A DNA stretch of 64,000 bases from Macrostomum hystrix (lineage: Eukaryota > Animalia > Platyhelminthes). The notes under the pieces are model-generated. The model ran no database searches, was not told the origin of the DNA, and worked only from the letters and a program-made list of their open reading frames with translations. Shown here in pieces: positions 1 through 12,105 of the stretch. The stretch is from the NCBI GenBank assembly GCA_950097015.1, contig CATNEN010000003.1, positions 10,416,001 through 10,480,000 on the forward strand, in the 5' to 3' direction. A program made the translations under genes and the position numbers. Each line of letters starts with the position of its first letter. Positions within the stretch are counted from its first letter, which is position 1.

Positions 1-2694
1 CTGTCGCTAAATTCCCATGCCAGTGTAGCATTCTGTCGCTAAATTCCCATGCCAGTGTAGCATTCTGTCGCTAAATTCCCATGCCAGTGTAGCATTCTGT
101 CGCTAAATTCCCATGCCAGTGTAGCATTCTGTCGCTAAATTCCCATGCCAGTGTAGCATTCTGTCGCTAAATTCCCATGCCAGTGTAGCATTCTGTCGCT
201 AAATTCCCATGCCAGTGTAGCATTCTGTCGCTAAATTCCCATGCCAGTGTAGCATTCTGTCGCTAAATTCCCAGGCCAGTGTAGCATTCTGTCGCTAAAT
301 TCCCAGGCCAGTGTAGCATTCTGTCGCTAAATTCCCATGCCAGTGTAGCATTCTGTCGCTAAATTCCCAGGCCAGTGTAGCATTCTGTCGCTAAATTCCC
401 ATGCCAGTGTAGCATTCTGTCGCTAAATTCCCAGGCCAGTGTAGCATTCTGTCGCTAAATTCCCAGGCCAGTGTAGCATTCTGTCGCTAAATTCCCATGC
501 CAGTGTAGCATTCTGTCGCTAAATTCCCAGGCCAGTGTAGCATTCTGTCGCTAAATTCCCAGGCCAGTGTAGCATTCTGTCGCTAAATTCCCAGGCCAGT
601 GTAGCATTCTGTCGCTAAATTCCCATGCCAGTGTAGCATTCTGTCGCTAAATTCCCAGGCCAGTGTAGCATTCTGTCGCTAAATTCCCATGCCAGTGTAG
701 CATTCTGTCGCTAAATTCCCAGGCCAGTGTAGCATTCTGTCGCTAAATTCCCAGGCCAGTGTAGCATTCTGTCGCTAAATTCCCAGGCCAGTGTAGCATT
801 CTGTCGCTAAATTCCCATGCCAGTGTAGCATTCTGTCGCTAAATTCCATGCCAGTGTAGCATTCTGTCGCTAAATTCCCATGCCAGTGTAGCATTCTGTC
901 GCTAAATTCCCATGCCAGTGTAGCATTCTGTCGCTAAATTCCCAGGCCAGTGTAGCATTCTGTCGCTAAATTCCCATGCCAGTGTAGCATTCTGTCGCTA
1001 AATTCCCAGGCCAGTGTAGCATTCTGTCGCTAAATTCCCAGGCCAGTGTAGCATTCTGTCGCTAAATTCCCAGGCCAGTGTAGCATTCTGTCGCTAAATT
1101 CCCAGGCCAGTGTAGCATTCTGTCGCTAAATTCCCAGGCCAGTGTAGCATTCTGTCGCTAAATTCCCAGGCCAGTGTAGCATTCTGTCGCTAAATTCCCA
1201 TGCCAGTGTAGCATTCTGTCGCTAAATTCCCATGCCAGTGTAGCATTCTGTCGCTAAATTCCCATGCCAGTGTAGCATTCTGTCGCTAAATTCCCATGCC
1301 AGTGTAGCATTCTGTCGCTAAATTCCCATGCCAGTGTAGCATTCTGTCGCTAAATTCCCAGGCCAGTGTAGCATTCTGTCGCTAAATTCCCATGCCAGTG
1401 TAGCATTCTGTCGCTAAATTCCCATGCCAGTGTAGCATTCTGTCGCTAAATTCCCATGCCAGTGTAGCATTCTGTCGCTAAATTCCCATGCCAGTGTAGC
1501 ATTCTGTCGCTAAATTCCCATGCCAGTGTAGCATTCTGTCGCTAAATTCCCATGCCAGTGTAGCATTCTGTCGCTAAATTCCCATGCCAGTGTAGCATTC
1601 TGTCGCTAAATTCCCATGCCAGTGTAGCATTCTGTCGCTAAATTCCCAGGCCAGTGTAGCATTCTGTCGCTAAATTCCCAGGCCAGTGTAGCATTCTGTC
1701 GCTAAATTCCCATGCCAGTGTAGCATTCTGTCGCTAAATTCCCAGGCCAGTGTAGCATTCTGTCGCTAAATTCCCAGGCCAGTGTAGCATTCTGTCGCTA
1801 AATTCCCATGCCAGTGTAGCATTCTGTCGCTAAATTCCCAGGCCAGTGTAGCATTCTGTCGCTAAATTCCCATGCCAGTGTAGCATTCTGTCGCTAAATT
1901 CCCATGCCAGTGTAGCATTCTGTCGCTAAATTCCCATGCCAGTGTAGCATTCTGTCGCTAAATTCCCAGGCCAGTGTAGCATTCTGTCGCTAAATTCCCA
2001 GGCCAGTGTAGCATTCTGTCGCTAAATTCCCAGGCCAGTGTAGCATTCTGTCGCTAAATTCCCATGCCAGTGTAGCATTCTGTCGCTAAATTCCCATGCC
2101 AGTGTAGCATTCTGTCGCTAAATTCCCATGCCAGTGTAGCATTCTGTCGCTAAATTCCCATGCCAGTGTAGCATTCTGTCGCTAAATTCCCATGCCAGTG
2201 TAGCATTCTGTCGCTAAATTCCCAGGCCAGTGTAGCATTCTGTCGCTAAATTCCCAGGCCAGTGTAGCATTCTGTCGCTAAATTCCCATGCCAGTGTAGC
2301 ATTCTGTCGCTAAATTCCCAGGCCAGTGTAGCATTCTGTCGCTAAATTCCCAGGCCAGTGTAGCATTCTGTCGCTAAATTCCCATGCCAGTGTAGCATTC
2401 TGTCGCTAAATTCCCAGGCCAGTGTAGCATTCTGTCGCTAAATTCCCATGCCAGTGTAGCATTCTGTCGCTAAATTCCCATGCCAGTGTAGCATTCTGTC
2501 GCTAAATTCCCATGCCAGTGTAGCATTCTGTCGCTAAATTCCCAGGCCAGTGTAGCATTCTGTCGCTAAATTCCCAGGCCAGTGTAGCATTCTGTCGCTA
2601 AATTCCCAGGCCAGTGTAGCATTCTGTCGCTAAATTCCCAGGCCAGTGTAGCATTCTGTCGCTAAATTCCCAGGCCAGTGTAGCATTCTGTCGC
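1..2694. repeat. 32-bp minisatellite (CTGTCGCTAAATTCCCA[T/G]GCCAGTGTAGCATT), ~84 copies, probably intronic upstream of the first visible AMPK gamma exon
   Basis: Direct tandem repeats with essentially one polymorphic position; the array runs straight into CAGCAG at 2695-2700. Confidence 0.97.
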
Positions 2695-2700
2695 CAGCAG

Positions 2701-3262
2701 CGGTGGCGGAATCGCAGGCTCGCTCGCGTCGCCTCTCCGGTCCCATTCTGCAGCTGCCTTTGGGCATCGCGTCACTATCAGCGTCGGCAGCCAATCAGAC
2801 GGCGGCGTCGGCGTCGGTTGCGACTAGCGGCTACAATTTGATGAGTTTGCCAAACGACGCCGGCTGCTGCGGCAGGCGTCGAGCTCTGTCGGGCGCGGCA
2901 TCTTCAACGGCTAATACAGACGTCCAGGTGACCGAGAATGACAAGTACATAATCTTCAAATCCAAATGTCAGAAGAACGAATGCGTCAGCGCCAATTTAG
3001 ACGAAATCCAGACGGAACTGGCCTCGCTAAATAATCCCAACTTAGTCTTTGAACTATTCGCCAAGCGGCACACTTGCTACGATTTAATTCCAACTAGCAG
3101 CAAATTGTTAGTATTCGATAATAATCTCAATGTGCGCAAAGCATTCTTCGCATTGGTCTACAATGGCCTGCGGGCCGCGCCGCTGTGGGACTCGGGAAAA
3201 CAGAAATTTGTCGGCATGCTCACCGTTACCGACTTTATCTACATCCTGCATAAGTACTACAG
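2701..3262 (+). CDS. PRKAG: AMP-activated protein kinase gamma subunit (SNF4/PRKAG), first visible exon (N-terminal extension + CBS1). Upstream exons are probably outside the window; alternative ATG at 2841
   Basis: [49 protein letters not shown] matches AMPK gamma CBS1. Donor AG|GTCAGC at 3263. Acceptor CAG at 2697 or 2700, so the 5' boundary is uncertain. Confidence 0.9.
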
Positions 3263-3306
3263 GTCAGCTAACTCAAACTTACTCATGCGCTCTGCATTTA
3301 GTTATC

Positions 3307-4366
3307 ACACTCTCCCTGTCACTCTCACACTCTCCCTGTCACTCTCACACTCTCCCTGTCACTCTCACACTCTCCCTGTCACTCTCACACTCTCCCTGTC
3401 ACTCTCACACTCTCCCTGTCACTCTCACACTCTCCCTGTCACTCTCACACTCTCCCTGTCACTCTCACACTCTCCCTGTCACTCTCACACTCTCCCTGTC
3501 ACTCTCACACTCTCCCTGTCACTCTCACACTCTCCCTGTCACTCTCACACTCTCCCTGTCACTCTCACACTCTCCCTGTCACTCTCACACTCTCCCTGTC
3601 ACTCTCACACTCTCCCTGTCACTCTCACACTCTCCCTGTCACTCTCACACTCTCCCTGTCACTCTCACACTCTCCCTGTCACTCTCACACTCTCCCTGTC
3701 ACTCTCACACTCTCCCTGTCACTCTCACACTCTCCCTGTCACTCTCACACTCTCCCTGTCACTCTCACACTCTCCCTGTCACTCTCACACTCTCCCTGTC
3801 ACTCTCACACTCTCCCTGTCACTCTCACACTCTCCCTGTCACTCTCACACTCTCCCTGTCACTTCCACACTCTCCATGTAACTTTTACACTCTCTCTGTC
3901 ACTCTCACACTCTCCCTGTCACTCTCACACTCTCCCTGTCCCTCTCACACTCTCCATGTCACTCTCACACTCTCCCTGTCACTCTCACACTCTCCCTGTC
4001 ACTCTCACACTCTCCCTGTCACTCTCACACTCTCCCTGTCACTCTCGCACTCTCCCTGTCACTTTTACACTCTCCCTGTCACTCTCACACTCTCCCTCTC
4101 ACCCTCAAACTCTCCTTCTCACCCTCAAACTCTCCCTCTTACTCTCAAACTCTCCCTCTCACCCTCAAATTCTCCCTCTCACCCTCAAACTCTCCCTCTC
4201 ACCCTCAAACTCTCCCTCTCACCCTCAAACTCTCCCTCTTACTCTCAAACTCTCCCTCTAACCCTCAAATTCTCCCTCTCACCCTCAAACTCTCCCTCTC
4301 ACCCTCAAACTGTCCCTCTCACCCTCAAACTCTCCCTCTCACCCTCAAACTGTCCCTCTCACCCTC
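3307..4366. repeat. 20-bp intronic minisatellite ACTCTCACACTCTCCCTGTC grading into ACCCTCAAACTCTCCCTCTC
   Basis: Tandem repeats fill most of the AMPK gamma intron 3263-4378. Confidence 0.97.
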
Positions 4367-4378
4367 CCCAACACGCAG

Positions 4379-4817
4379 GTCGGCCCTGGTCCGCATGGAG
4401 GTGCTGGAGACGCATCGCATCAGCACCTGGCAGGCTGAATTGAGCAAGCAGCTCAAGCCGCTAATCTGGATCTCGCCGGAGGCCTCAGTGTACGACGCTA
4501 TCCGAGTCCTGCTCCGTTCTCGAGTTCACCGGCTGCCAGTTATCGATCCTAGAACTGGCAATGCGCTGTTCATTGTGACACACAAGCGGCTGCTAAAGTT
4601 TATCTGTCTCTACGCTCACCAATTTCCAATGCCTGGCTGGCTAGATAAGTCTATTAGCGAACTGGGCATAGGAACTAGAACTGGCATTGTGACAGTGAGC
4701 GAGACTACGCCGCTAGTTCGAGTGCTGTCTCTGTTTGTGCAGCATCGGGTTAGCGCCCTGCCAGTGCTGGACTCTGATGGAAAACTGGCTGATATCTACT
4801 CCAAGTTTGACGTCATT
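4379..4817 (+). CDS. PRKAG: AMPK gamma exon (CBS2-CBS3)
   Basis: Acceptor ACGCAG|G at 4378. The phase-2 join gives YYR-SALVRMEVLETHRISTW. Motifs VHRLPVID, THKRLLKF, RVSALP, DIYSKFDVI. Donor ATT|GTGAGT at 4818. Confidence 0.96.
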
Positions 4818-4879
4818 GTGAGTTGATTGTTGTTGCTATGCTATATTGCTACTCGTATTCGGGTTACTTATTGAAATAG

Positions 4880-5211
4880 TTTGGGAATTCGAGTAGGCTT
4901 TGAGCACAGTCAGAGATTTTGAGTAGGATATGAGCACAGTAAGAGATTTTGAGTAAGCTTTGAGCACAGTCGGAGATTTTGAGTAGGATATGAGCACAGT
5001 AAGAGATTTTGAGTAAGCTTTGAGCACAGTCGGAGATTTTGAGTAGGATATGAGCACAGTAAGAGATTTTGAGTAAGCTTTGAGCACAGTCGGAGATTTT
5101 GAGTAGGATATGAGCACAGTAAGAGATTTTGAGTAAGCTTTGAGCACAGTCGGAGATTTTGAGTAGAATTTGAGCACTGTGGGAGATTTTGAGTAGGCTT
5201 TGAGCACAGTT
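4880..5211. repeat. 30-bp intronic minisatellite with alternating A/B units (60-bp higher-order period)
   Basis: GAGTAGGATATGAGCACAGTAAGAGATTTT alternates with GAGTAAGCTTTGAGCACAGTCGGAGATTTT. Confidence 0.93.
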
Positions 5212-5280
5212 AGGCTGAAATTCGAACTCCCGACATCTCGTTCAGAAAACTCTAACCACTGTGTCTAACAAGCTCCCTTA
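5212..5280 (-). mobile_element. tRNA-like SINE head fragment
   Basis: Minus strand reads TAGACACAGTGGTTAGAG (A-box-like) ... GGGAGTTCGAATTTC (B-box). Shares TGAAATTCGAACTCYCGACA with ~44627-44646. Confidence 0.55.
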
Positions 5281-5340
5281 GATTTGATTTTGAGCACAGT
5301 TGAGTATGCACTGACACACGCGTACAACGCGAATTCACAG

Positions 5341-5640
5341 AACCTGGCAGCAACAAAGACCTACAACAACTTGGACATCTCCGTGGCCGAGGCGCTACAA
5401 TATCGCCGCGAACGCTTCGAAGGTGTCAGCAGTTGCAAAGCCGACGCCAGCTTAAAATCGGTCATCGATCAACTGGTTGGCGCCGAAGTTCATAGGCTTG
5501 TCATAGTCGATGATGACAATGGAGTCATTGGCATGGTGTCATTGTCCGACATTCTGAATGCGCTAGTCATCGACTATGACCGACTGGCCGGATTAAGTCG
5601 CGATGGAAGCCTAATGGAGTCCTTCGAGACTGGACTGTGA
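5341..5640 (+). CDS. PRKAG: AMPK gamma terminal exon (CBS4)
   Basis: Branch-like CTGAC at 5311, acceptor TTCACAG at 5340. The phase-0 join gives FDVI-NLAATKTYNNLD. Motifs VHRLVIVD and GMVSLSDIL. TGA at 5638-5640. Confidence 0.96.
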   Translation, partial: NLAATKTYNNLDISVAEALQYRRERFEGVSSCKADASLKSVIDQLVGAEVHRLVIVDDDNGVIGMVSLSDILNALVIDYDRLAGLSRDGSLMESFETGL

Positions 5641-6907
5641 CAGCGCGCGCTGGTTTAGACCATAGACTATTTGATGGACTCGTTTTAGTTTTTGTTTACG
5701 CATAGTAGCAGTGCACTATTTAGGCGATGGTTTTCTGTGGAGTAAAAACTGCCCATTTTATGTCATCAATAGTTGGCCTACACAAGTAAAAAAGGAAAAT
5801 TTATTTTTTTCAGTTCACTCCGTCTTTCTGCCCGCGTTCCCATTGTTTATTTAGAATTTTCCCGGGTTTTATTTGGGATAATTCGATAAAAAAAAACTAG
5901 TTTACTTCGTTATAACAAATACGAAATTTAAAATCTGTATCGCAGCTTATGAATTTGTTCAATCAATATTATTTATCCTACGTCGTTAGCCTAGTGTTGC
6001 GAGTCTGTTGAGTGACTTTTGTTATTTGTTTTATGAAAAAAAACTAGTTTAAAGCACATATTTAATCGGTACTACTCGGCAATAATCATTGCGGAAGACT
6101 TTGATTGTCTTTTACACATTTTCATACATGTTTTTCATACCTGCCTATTTAAATGCATCGGCAAACCCGTTCCAACCTCGCTGCGTTTTATGCGATGTAC
6201 TTTTCTGGACATCACTATTTTTTTCTCATTGGTTTGCTTTTTTACCCGATTGGCACGAACACGAACTGATAACAATTAACCTGGTCCTTCGATTTTTTTA
6301 TGAATATGTACACTGACGAAGCACTCACACCAATTCCCTACCCCCAAAGAACAGTCGCAAGACACCCACCCCAATTTTCTTCCCCCACTATACAGTCGCA
6401 AAACATCCACCCCAAAATCCTTCCATCTAGTCTAAAGAAACACCGACGCAACTTTTCGACCCCTCCCCAACTAAACTATGCTCGCTAAACACTGACCCGG
6501 TTTTTTTCAATTCTCCTGTGTGTTTTAAAGCGAATTCGATTTTGTCCTCAATATTCTGAACCTACCTTCACACCTGGTACTACTTTCTGAGCAGGGCACA
6601 AAGTGGACTCTTATCAGTAATCGGTTGTTGCTTCTCTTCCCATTAAAAAGCTTTTCTTTGCACAAAAGAAGCAACATTTTTGTTATATTGCTTTGCTCTT
6701 CTACTTTGTAGCTTGTGTTTTTCTGTCAATGCGTCTCGCTGTATATAGTGAAATTGGAATACATCAATTATCCTATAGCTAGTTTGTAATCTGTTTATGA
6801 GATCAGGATTCGATTTTTGATGAAGAAAATCACGCTGTGAAAGGCCGTTGTTTTTAAACAAACTACACGATAATATAAAAGTTTCCAATAAAGATCACCC
6901 CAATTGA

Positions 6908-8640
6908 TACTCACTACTAGCCAATCCCAGCCACCCCAATGTACACTCACTACTAGCCAATCCCAGCCACCCCAATGTACACTCACTACTAGCCAATCCC
7001 AGCCACCCCAATGTACACTCACTACTAGCCAATCCCAGCCACCCCAATGTACACTCACTACTAGCCAATCCCAGCCACCCCAATGTACACTCACTACTAG
7101 CCAATCCCAACCACCCCAATGTACACTCTACTACTAGCCAATCCCAGCCACCCCAATGTCGTACACTCACTACTACTAGCCAATCCCAACGACCCCAATG
7201 TACACTCACTACTAGCCAATCTCAACCACCCCAATGTACACTCACTACTAGCCAATCCCAGCCACCCCAATGTACACTCACTACTAGCCAATCCCAACCA
7301 CCCCAATGTAAACTCTACTACTAGCCAATCCCAGCCACCCCAATGTCGTACACTCACTACTACTAGCCAATCCCAACGACCCCAATGTACACTAACTACT
7401 AGCCAATCTCAACCAACCCCAATGTACACTCACTACTAGCCAATCCCAACCACCCCAATGTACACTCTACTACTAGCCAATCCCAGCCACCCCAATGTCG
7501 TACACTCACTACTACTAGCCAATCCCAACGACCCCAATGTACACTAACTACTAGCCAATCTCAACCACCCCAATGTACACCCACTACTAGCCAATCCCAG
7601 CCACCCCAATGTACACTCACTACTAGCCAATCCCAGCCACCCCAATGTACACTCACTACTAGCCAATCCCAGCCACCCCAATGTACACTCACTACTAGCC
7701 AATCCCAGCCACCCCAATGTACACTCACTACTAGCCAATCCCAACCACCCCAATGTACACTCTACTACTAGCCAATCCCAGCCACCCCAATGTCGTACAC
7801 TCACTACTACTAGCCAATCCCAACGACCCCAATGTACACTAACTACTAGCCAATCTCAACCACCCCAATGTACACTCACTACTAGCCAATCCCAGCCACC
7901 CCAATGTACACTCACTACTAGCCAATCCCAACCACCCCAATGTAAACTCTACTACTAGCCAATCCCAGCCACCCCAATGTCGTACACTCACTACTACTAG
8001 CCAATCCCAACGACCCCAATGTACACTAACTACTAGCCAATCTCAACCAACCCCAATGTACACTCACTACTAGCCAATCCCAACCACCCCAATGTACACT
8101 CTACTACTAGCCAATCCCAGCCACCCCAATGTCGTACACTCACTACTACTAGCCAATCCCAACGACCCCAATGTACACTAACTACTAGCCAATCTCAACC
8201 ACCCCAATGTACACCCACTACTAGCCAATCCCAACCACCCCAAAGTACACTCACTACTAGCCAATCCCAGCCACCCCAATGTCGTACACTCACTACTACT
8301 AGCCAATCCCAACGACCCCAATGTACACTAACTACTAGCCAATCTCAACCACCCCAATGTACACCCACTACTAGCCAATCCCAACCACCCCAAAGTACAC
8401 TCACTACTAGCCAATCCCAACCACCCCAATGTACACCCACTACTAGCCAATCCCAACCACCCCAATGTACACTAACTAGTAGCCAATCCCAACCACCCCA
8501 AAGTACACTCACTACTAGCCAATCCCAACCACCCCAAAGTACACTCACTACTAGCCAATCCCAACCACCCCAATGTACACTAACTAGTAGCCAATCCCAA
8601 CCACCCCAAAGTACACTCACTACTAGCCAATTCTAACCAC
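6908..8640. repeat. 36-bp minisatellite ACTACTAGCCAATCCCAGCCACCCCAATGTACACTC with a ~634-bp block duplication
   Basis: Tandem units. The diagnostic GTCGTACAC variants recur about 633-634 bp apart. Confidence 0.96.
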
Positions 8641-9176
8641 AATCAGCCATAGCCTATGTACAATACAAAGTTCTGAAAGAAATTATGTTTAAAATATTAC
8701 CGAATAAAGTGCACAACAACTTTATTTACGAATCGATTTATGTCAAAACTGCAGTGGCTAATTCTAATTATCTAGTGCCGATATGGGTATCAGACAAGTT
8801 GTTATTAAAAGAAGACATGTAGCTTAACAAGAAGATAAACCAATTAATTGCAAATGCAAACTACATAGCACCGAAGGTTAAAAATCAAGAAATTAATCAA
8901 AATGAAAAAAAATTGTAAAAATCTAAAAAAGATTAGAATTTATTGCCAACATAAAACGTAAAAGGTTCTAAGAATCATAAATACTCATGAAAACTAGTAA
9001 ATAATAATACAAAAGCAAAATAAAATTGTACTACTGCACAATAAAATCTGTTCGGATTGCAAATCTATTCAATCAATGCGCAAAATAATGGACTTCAAAT
9101 ATATCCAGATTGTAGGTTGCAGAATGCTTTGTTTGAATTTGTTCATCTATCGAACGATAGCTACCTACCTAATGAT

Positions 9177-9430
9177 ACCCACCTCACTCCGCTACCTACC
9201 GTACTCCGCTACCCACCTCACTCCGCTACCCACCTCACTCCGCTACCCACCTCACTCCGCTACCCACCTCACTCCGCTACCCACCAGACTCCTCTACCCA
9301 CCTCACTCCGCTACCCACCTCACTCCGCTACCCACCAGACTCCGCTACCCACATCACTCCGCTACCCACCTCACTCCTCTACCCACCTCACTCCGCTACC
9401 CACCAGACTCCGCTACCCTCCTCACTCCGC
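9177..9430. repeat. 17-bp minisatellite CACCTCACTCCGCTACC immediately downstream of the TMED stop codon
   Basis: About 15 tandem units. Confidence 0.92.
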
Positions 9431-9435
9431 AGTCC

Positions 9436-9963
9436 TTAGGCTCTTTTGCCCAAACCGACCGCAGCTTCAGATCTTCTAGCTGCCGGGAACAGGCGTCGAA
9501 CAGCCAGAACCTGGATTCCGGCAGCCAGCAGAACAGCCAGAATCTCCACCAGTGACCAGGCGCCGACCCTGTTCAGAGTGGCCTCGGCAGCCAGCCGGTC
9601 GACAGTCTCGCTGAGTCGCATGTGACGCTGATATTCGCTAATGGACTGCAGAGAGGATCCAATCGATTCAATAGAGTATAAAACCGATTTGCTATCTTCT
9701 TCTTCCTGTCCGAAAGATTTGTCTCCAGCTGAAGAAGACGCAGGCAGGCTGGCGGTCGAGTCGCTGCGACCAGATCGCAGTGCAAAATAGACCAGTTTTC
9801 TGGTTAGAGCAGAGAACTCGTTTGAGAAACAGGCTCGATAAATACCAGATTTGGCCACCGTGAATACTAGGCCACCCTTGGTCTCTTTGTCAGCCGAGAA
9901 CATTGGCTCACCGTCTGGTTCGAAGAGCCGAACATTGATATCGGTGTTGCCACCCGACAGAAC
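9436..9963 (-). CDS. TMED7: p24/TMED family cargo receptor (TMED3/TMED7, p24-gamma-like), exon 2
   Basis: Acceptor CACTTAG|G at 9964. VLSGGNTDINVRLFEPDG...GIYRACFSNEFSALTRKLVYF is GOLD domain, followed by coiled coil and TM (WSLVEILAVLLAAGIQVLAV). TAA at 9438-9436. Confidence 0.92.
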   Translation of the reverse strand, partial: VLSGGNTDINVRLFEPDGEPMFSADKETKGGLVFTVAKSGIYRACFSNEFSALTRKLVYFALRSGRSDSTASLPASSSAGDKSFGQEEEDSKSVLYSIESIGSSLQSISEYQRHMRLSETVDRLAAEATLNRVGAWSLVEILAVLLAAGIQVLAVRRLFPAARRSEAAVGLGKRA

Positions 9964-10560
9964 CTAAGTGGTCAATAAATGCTTTTACTAATTGCTGCCA
10001 ATGGCGAATTAAACTAAATGAGTCTCTTTATTGATTTTAAAGCTTGCTATTAATTTTTTTAATTTGCATTTATAAAATTAGTACATTTTGTACTTTAGTC
10101 CCTTTTGCATTTAGTACAAAAAAAGAAAGTTTTAATAAAATATCATCTGAATCTGAACAAAGTATTATGTATACTAAAGCCAATTGCATATTTAGTAATC
10201 AGTATGATTACCAATATATAATTATCATAATAACTCAAATGATATAGAGTAACCTATATATTCTTATAGTAGATAAATATATAAAAATGCGAATGCAAAA
10301 GTTAAAATTGAAAATTGTGTTTCTATTGTACACAATTACTGCTAGTTTTTTAAACAGAAATTGACGATTAGAATATTCTAGAACGAACTGTTCTAGTAAA
10401 ATAATATTGGTGCAACTATTATGCCTACCTGGTAACTTTTCAGAAATGTATACACTTATTGTATATGAGTTACATACAAGGGGTGCTCTGCAAATGTACT
10501 CATGTCAATAAAGAATGCTTAAATAATAGCTAGCGTTTATAAAAGTATATTCTCACTTAC

Positions 10561-10710
10561 TCGAAAGTCAATCTGAGCTTTTTCTCCAGACTCGAATGTT
10601 TCATAGAAACAATCTTTCTTTCGCTCGTGTAATTCGAATGTCAGTTGTGTACAGCTGGCTCGCAGGCAGAGTATGAGTGATACAAAGGAAATTTGTAAAA
10701 GAAGTTTCAT
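10561..10710 (-). CDS. TMED7: p24/TMED exon 1 (signal peptide + GOLD start); absent from the ORF track
   Basis: ATG at 10710 gives MKLLLQISFVSLILCLRASCTQLTFELHERKKDCFYETFESGEKAQIDFR. Donor CGA|GTAAGT at 10560. Phase-0 join to exon 2 gives a 225-aa protein. Confidence 0.93.
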
Positions 10711-12105
10711 CCTTCAATGGATTTAATTTTTACTTGACTGCTGCCGTACAACCCAATAGGCAAGAATGTGAGAATAAAATGGCTTAAAATGCTGACTGGA
10801 CGACTTCCTGCTTTGCGAACAATACTTCGTGTAAAAATGAGATACTTGTAAGTTTTAAGTTTGTGTGTTGCATATGACTCGCTGGGATATTAAATTTCTC
10901 AGTATAAATTTTTTTATTTTGTGATATTATTTAAAAAAATGTATAAAATTAAAGCTTAATAATAAAACATTTAAACTCGGTTTATGCAACATATATATAT
11001 TGTTATGCTGCACTATGTCGTGACAGATATCGCAAGAAGCTAAACATTTTACTGCATTATGTATTTAGCTAAATCGGCTGAAATCACGAGTGAAAGTTGA
11101 TTATTAACCGAGGCAAACTATACAACGATTAGAAAACTATAAAATGCGTACGTACGTAATTACTTTATACATACGTAAAATGCGTAATAATATTATAACT
11201 TTACATTTCTTTCATTGCCTATGATTAGCGTCAATTTTAAATTTCATAAATATTAATGAGCGCTATATATTGTATGTGTAGACCTATTATATATAGTTAT
11301 GAACATGGACATATTTTTGCATTCAGATTCATGGTTAGCCAAACATTTTTGTTTGGACATTTTGGACATGATTTTGGATTCATTGGAGTGCCCACGATAT
11401 TTTGAAATATGCACAGCACCTAGAACACATGGCACTCCCAAGCCAAAAATTTATTATACACGCAGTTATATTGTTTAGCTCGGCATTTTATATACGATAA
11501 TAACTAAAGCATGACAGACAGGTTACTCTTTTAATTCTGTCTGAAAGTTAGCCCAGACACGTATAATATTACAATAAACAGAATTACCAAAAATTAATCA
11601 CCAAAAGCCTTTTCGCCAGTCAGCAGCCCTATAATTGTCAATTCAAATAGCTGGACCACGTAAAAAACATTTCTGTACTGCAAAACCAGCTAAAGGAACT
11701 GCGCATCGCCGCGTAAACCTCCCACGCAAAACACCAGCACCCGAATTGAAGTACTTTTTTATTCACGCTTCACGAGTCCAATCTGAGATCAGCCCATCGC
11801 AACAATGGGAATAAAGGGAGACGATTATAGGATTGTGACCTGTCAATTATTTTCCTTGATTTTAATCCAATGCACAACAATCCATCTCTTTTCAATATGG
11901 TGATCGGCATTGTTAATCTTGGCTTCCTTAATTTTATAAAGCATTGTTACGCGGTTCGTTGACAATGCGAAGCGCATAAGAATTATATAGTTAAATTAAA
12001 GCAGCTGGGAATTTACTTCATGATAGATTACAACAGCTAAGATCAACTGCGCTTGATTTAAAATACAAGCTAGATTTGATAGCTCAAACATTTCCTAAAG
12101 GGATT

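Noticed and set aside
1-2694. 32-bp repeats (also the 36-bp and 41-bp arrays) as a CRISPR array
   Set aside because: Units are head-to-tail with no unique spacers, there are no cas genes, and the context is eukaryotic.
3130-4443. Long ORFs through the 20-bp array, including the repeat tail of ORF 2703-3881
   Set aside because: Translations of intronic minisatellite; splicing 3262>4379 restores the canonical AMPK gamma sequence.
6643-6888. 81-aa minus-strand ORF
   Set aside because: TTG start, no recognisable motif and no consistent splice structure.
11253-11441. GVPCVLGA resembling a Harbinger transposase motif; repeated GGACAT..TTTTG..ATTCA
   Set aside because: No catalytic DGT/DDE context and no TIR pair; may be a decayed MITE but cannot be supported.
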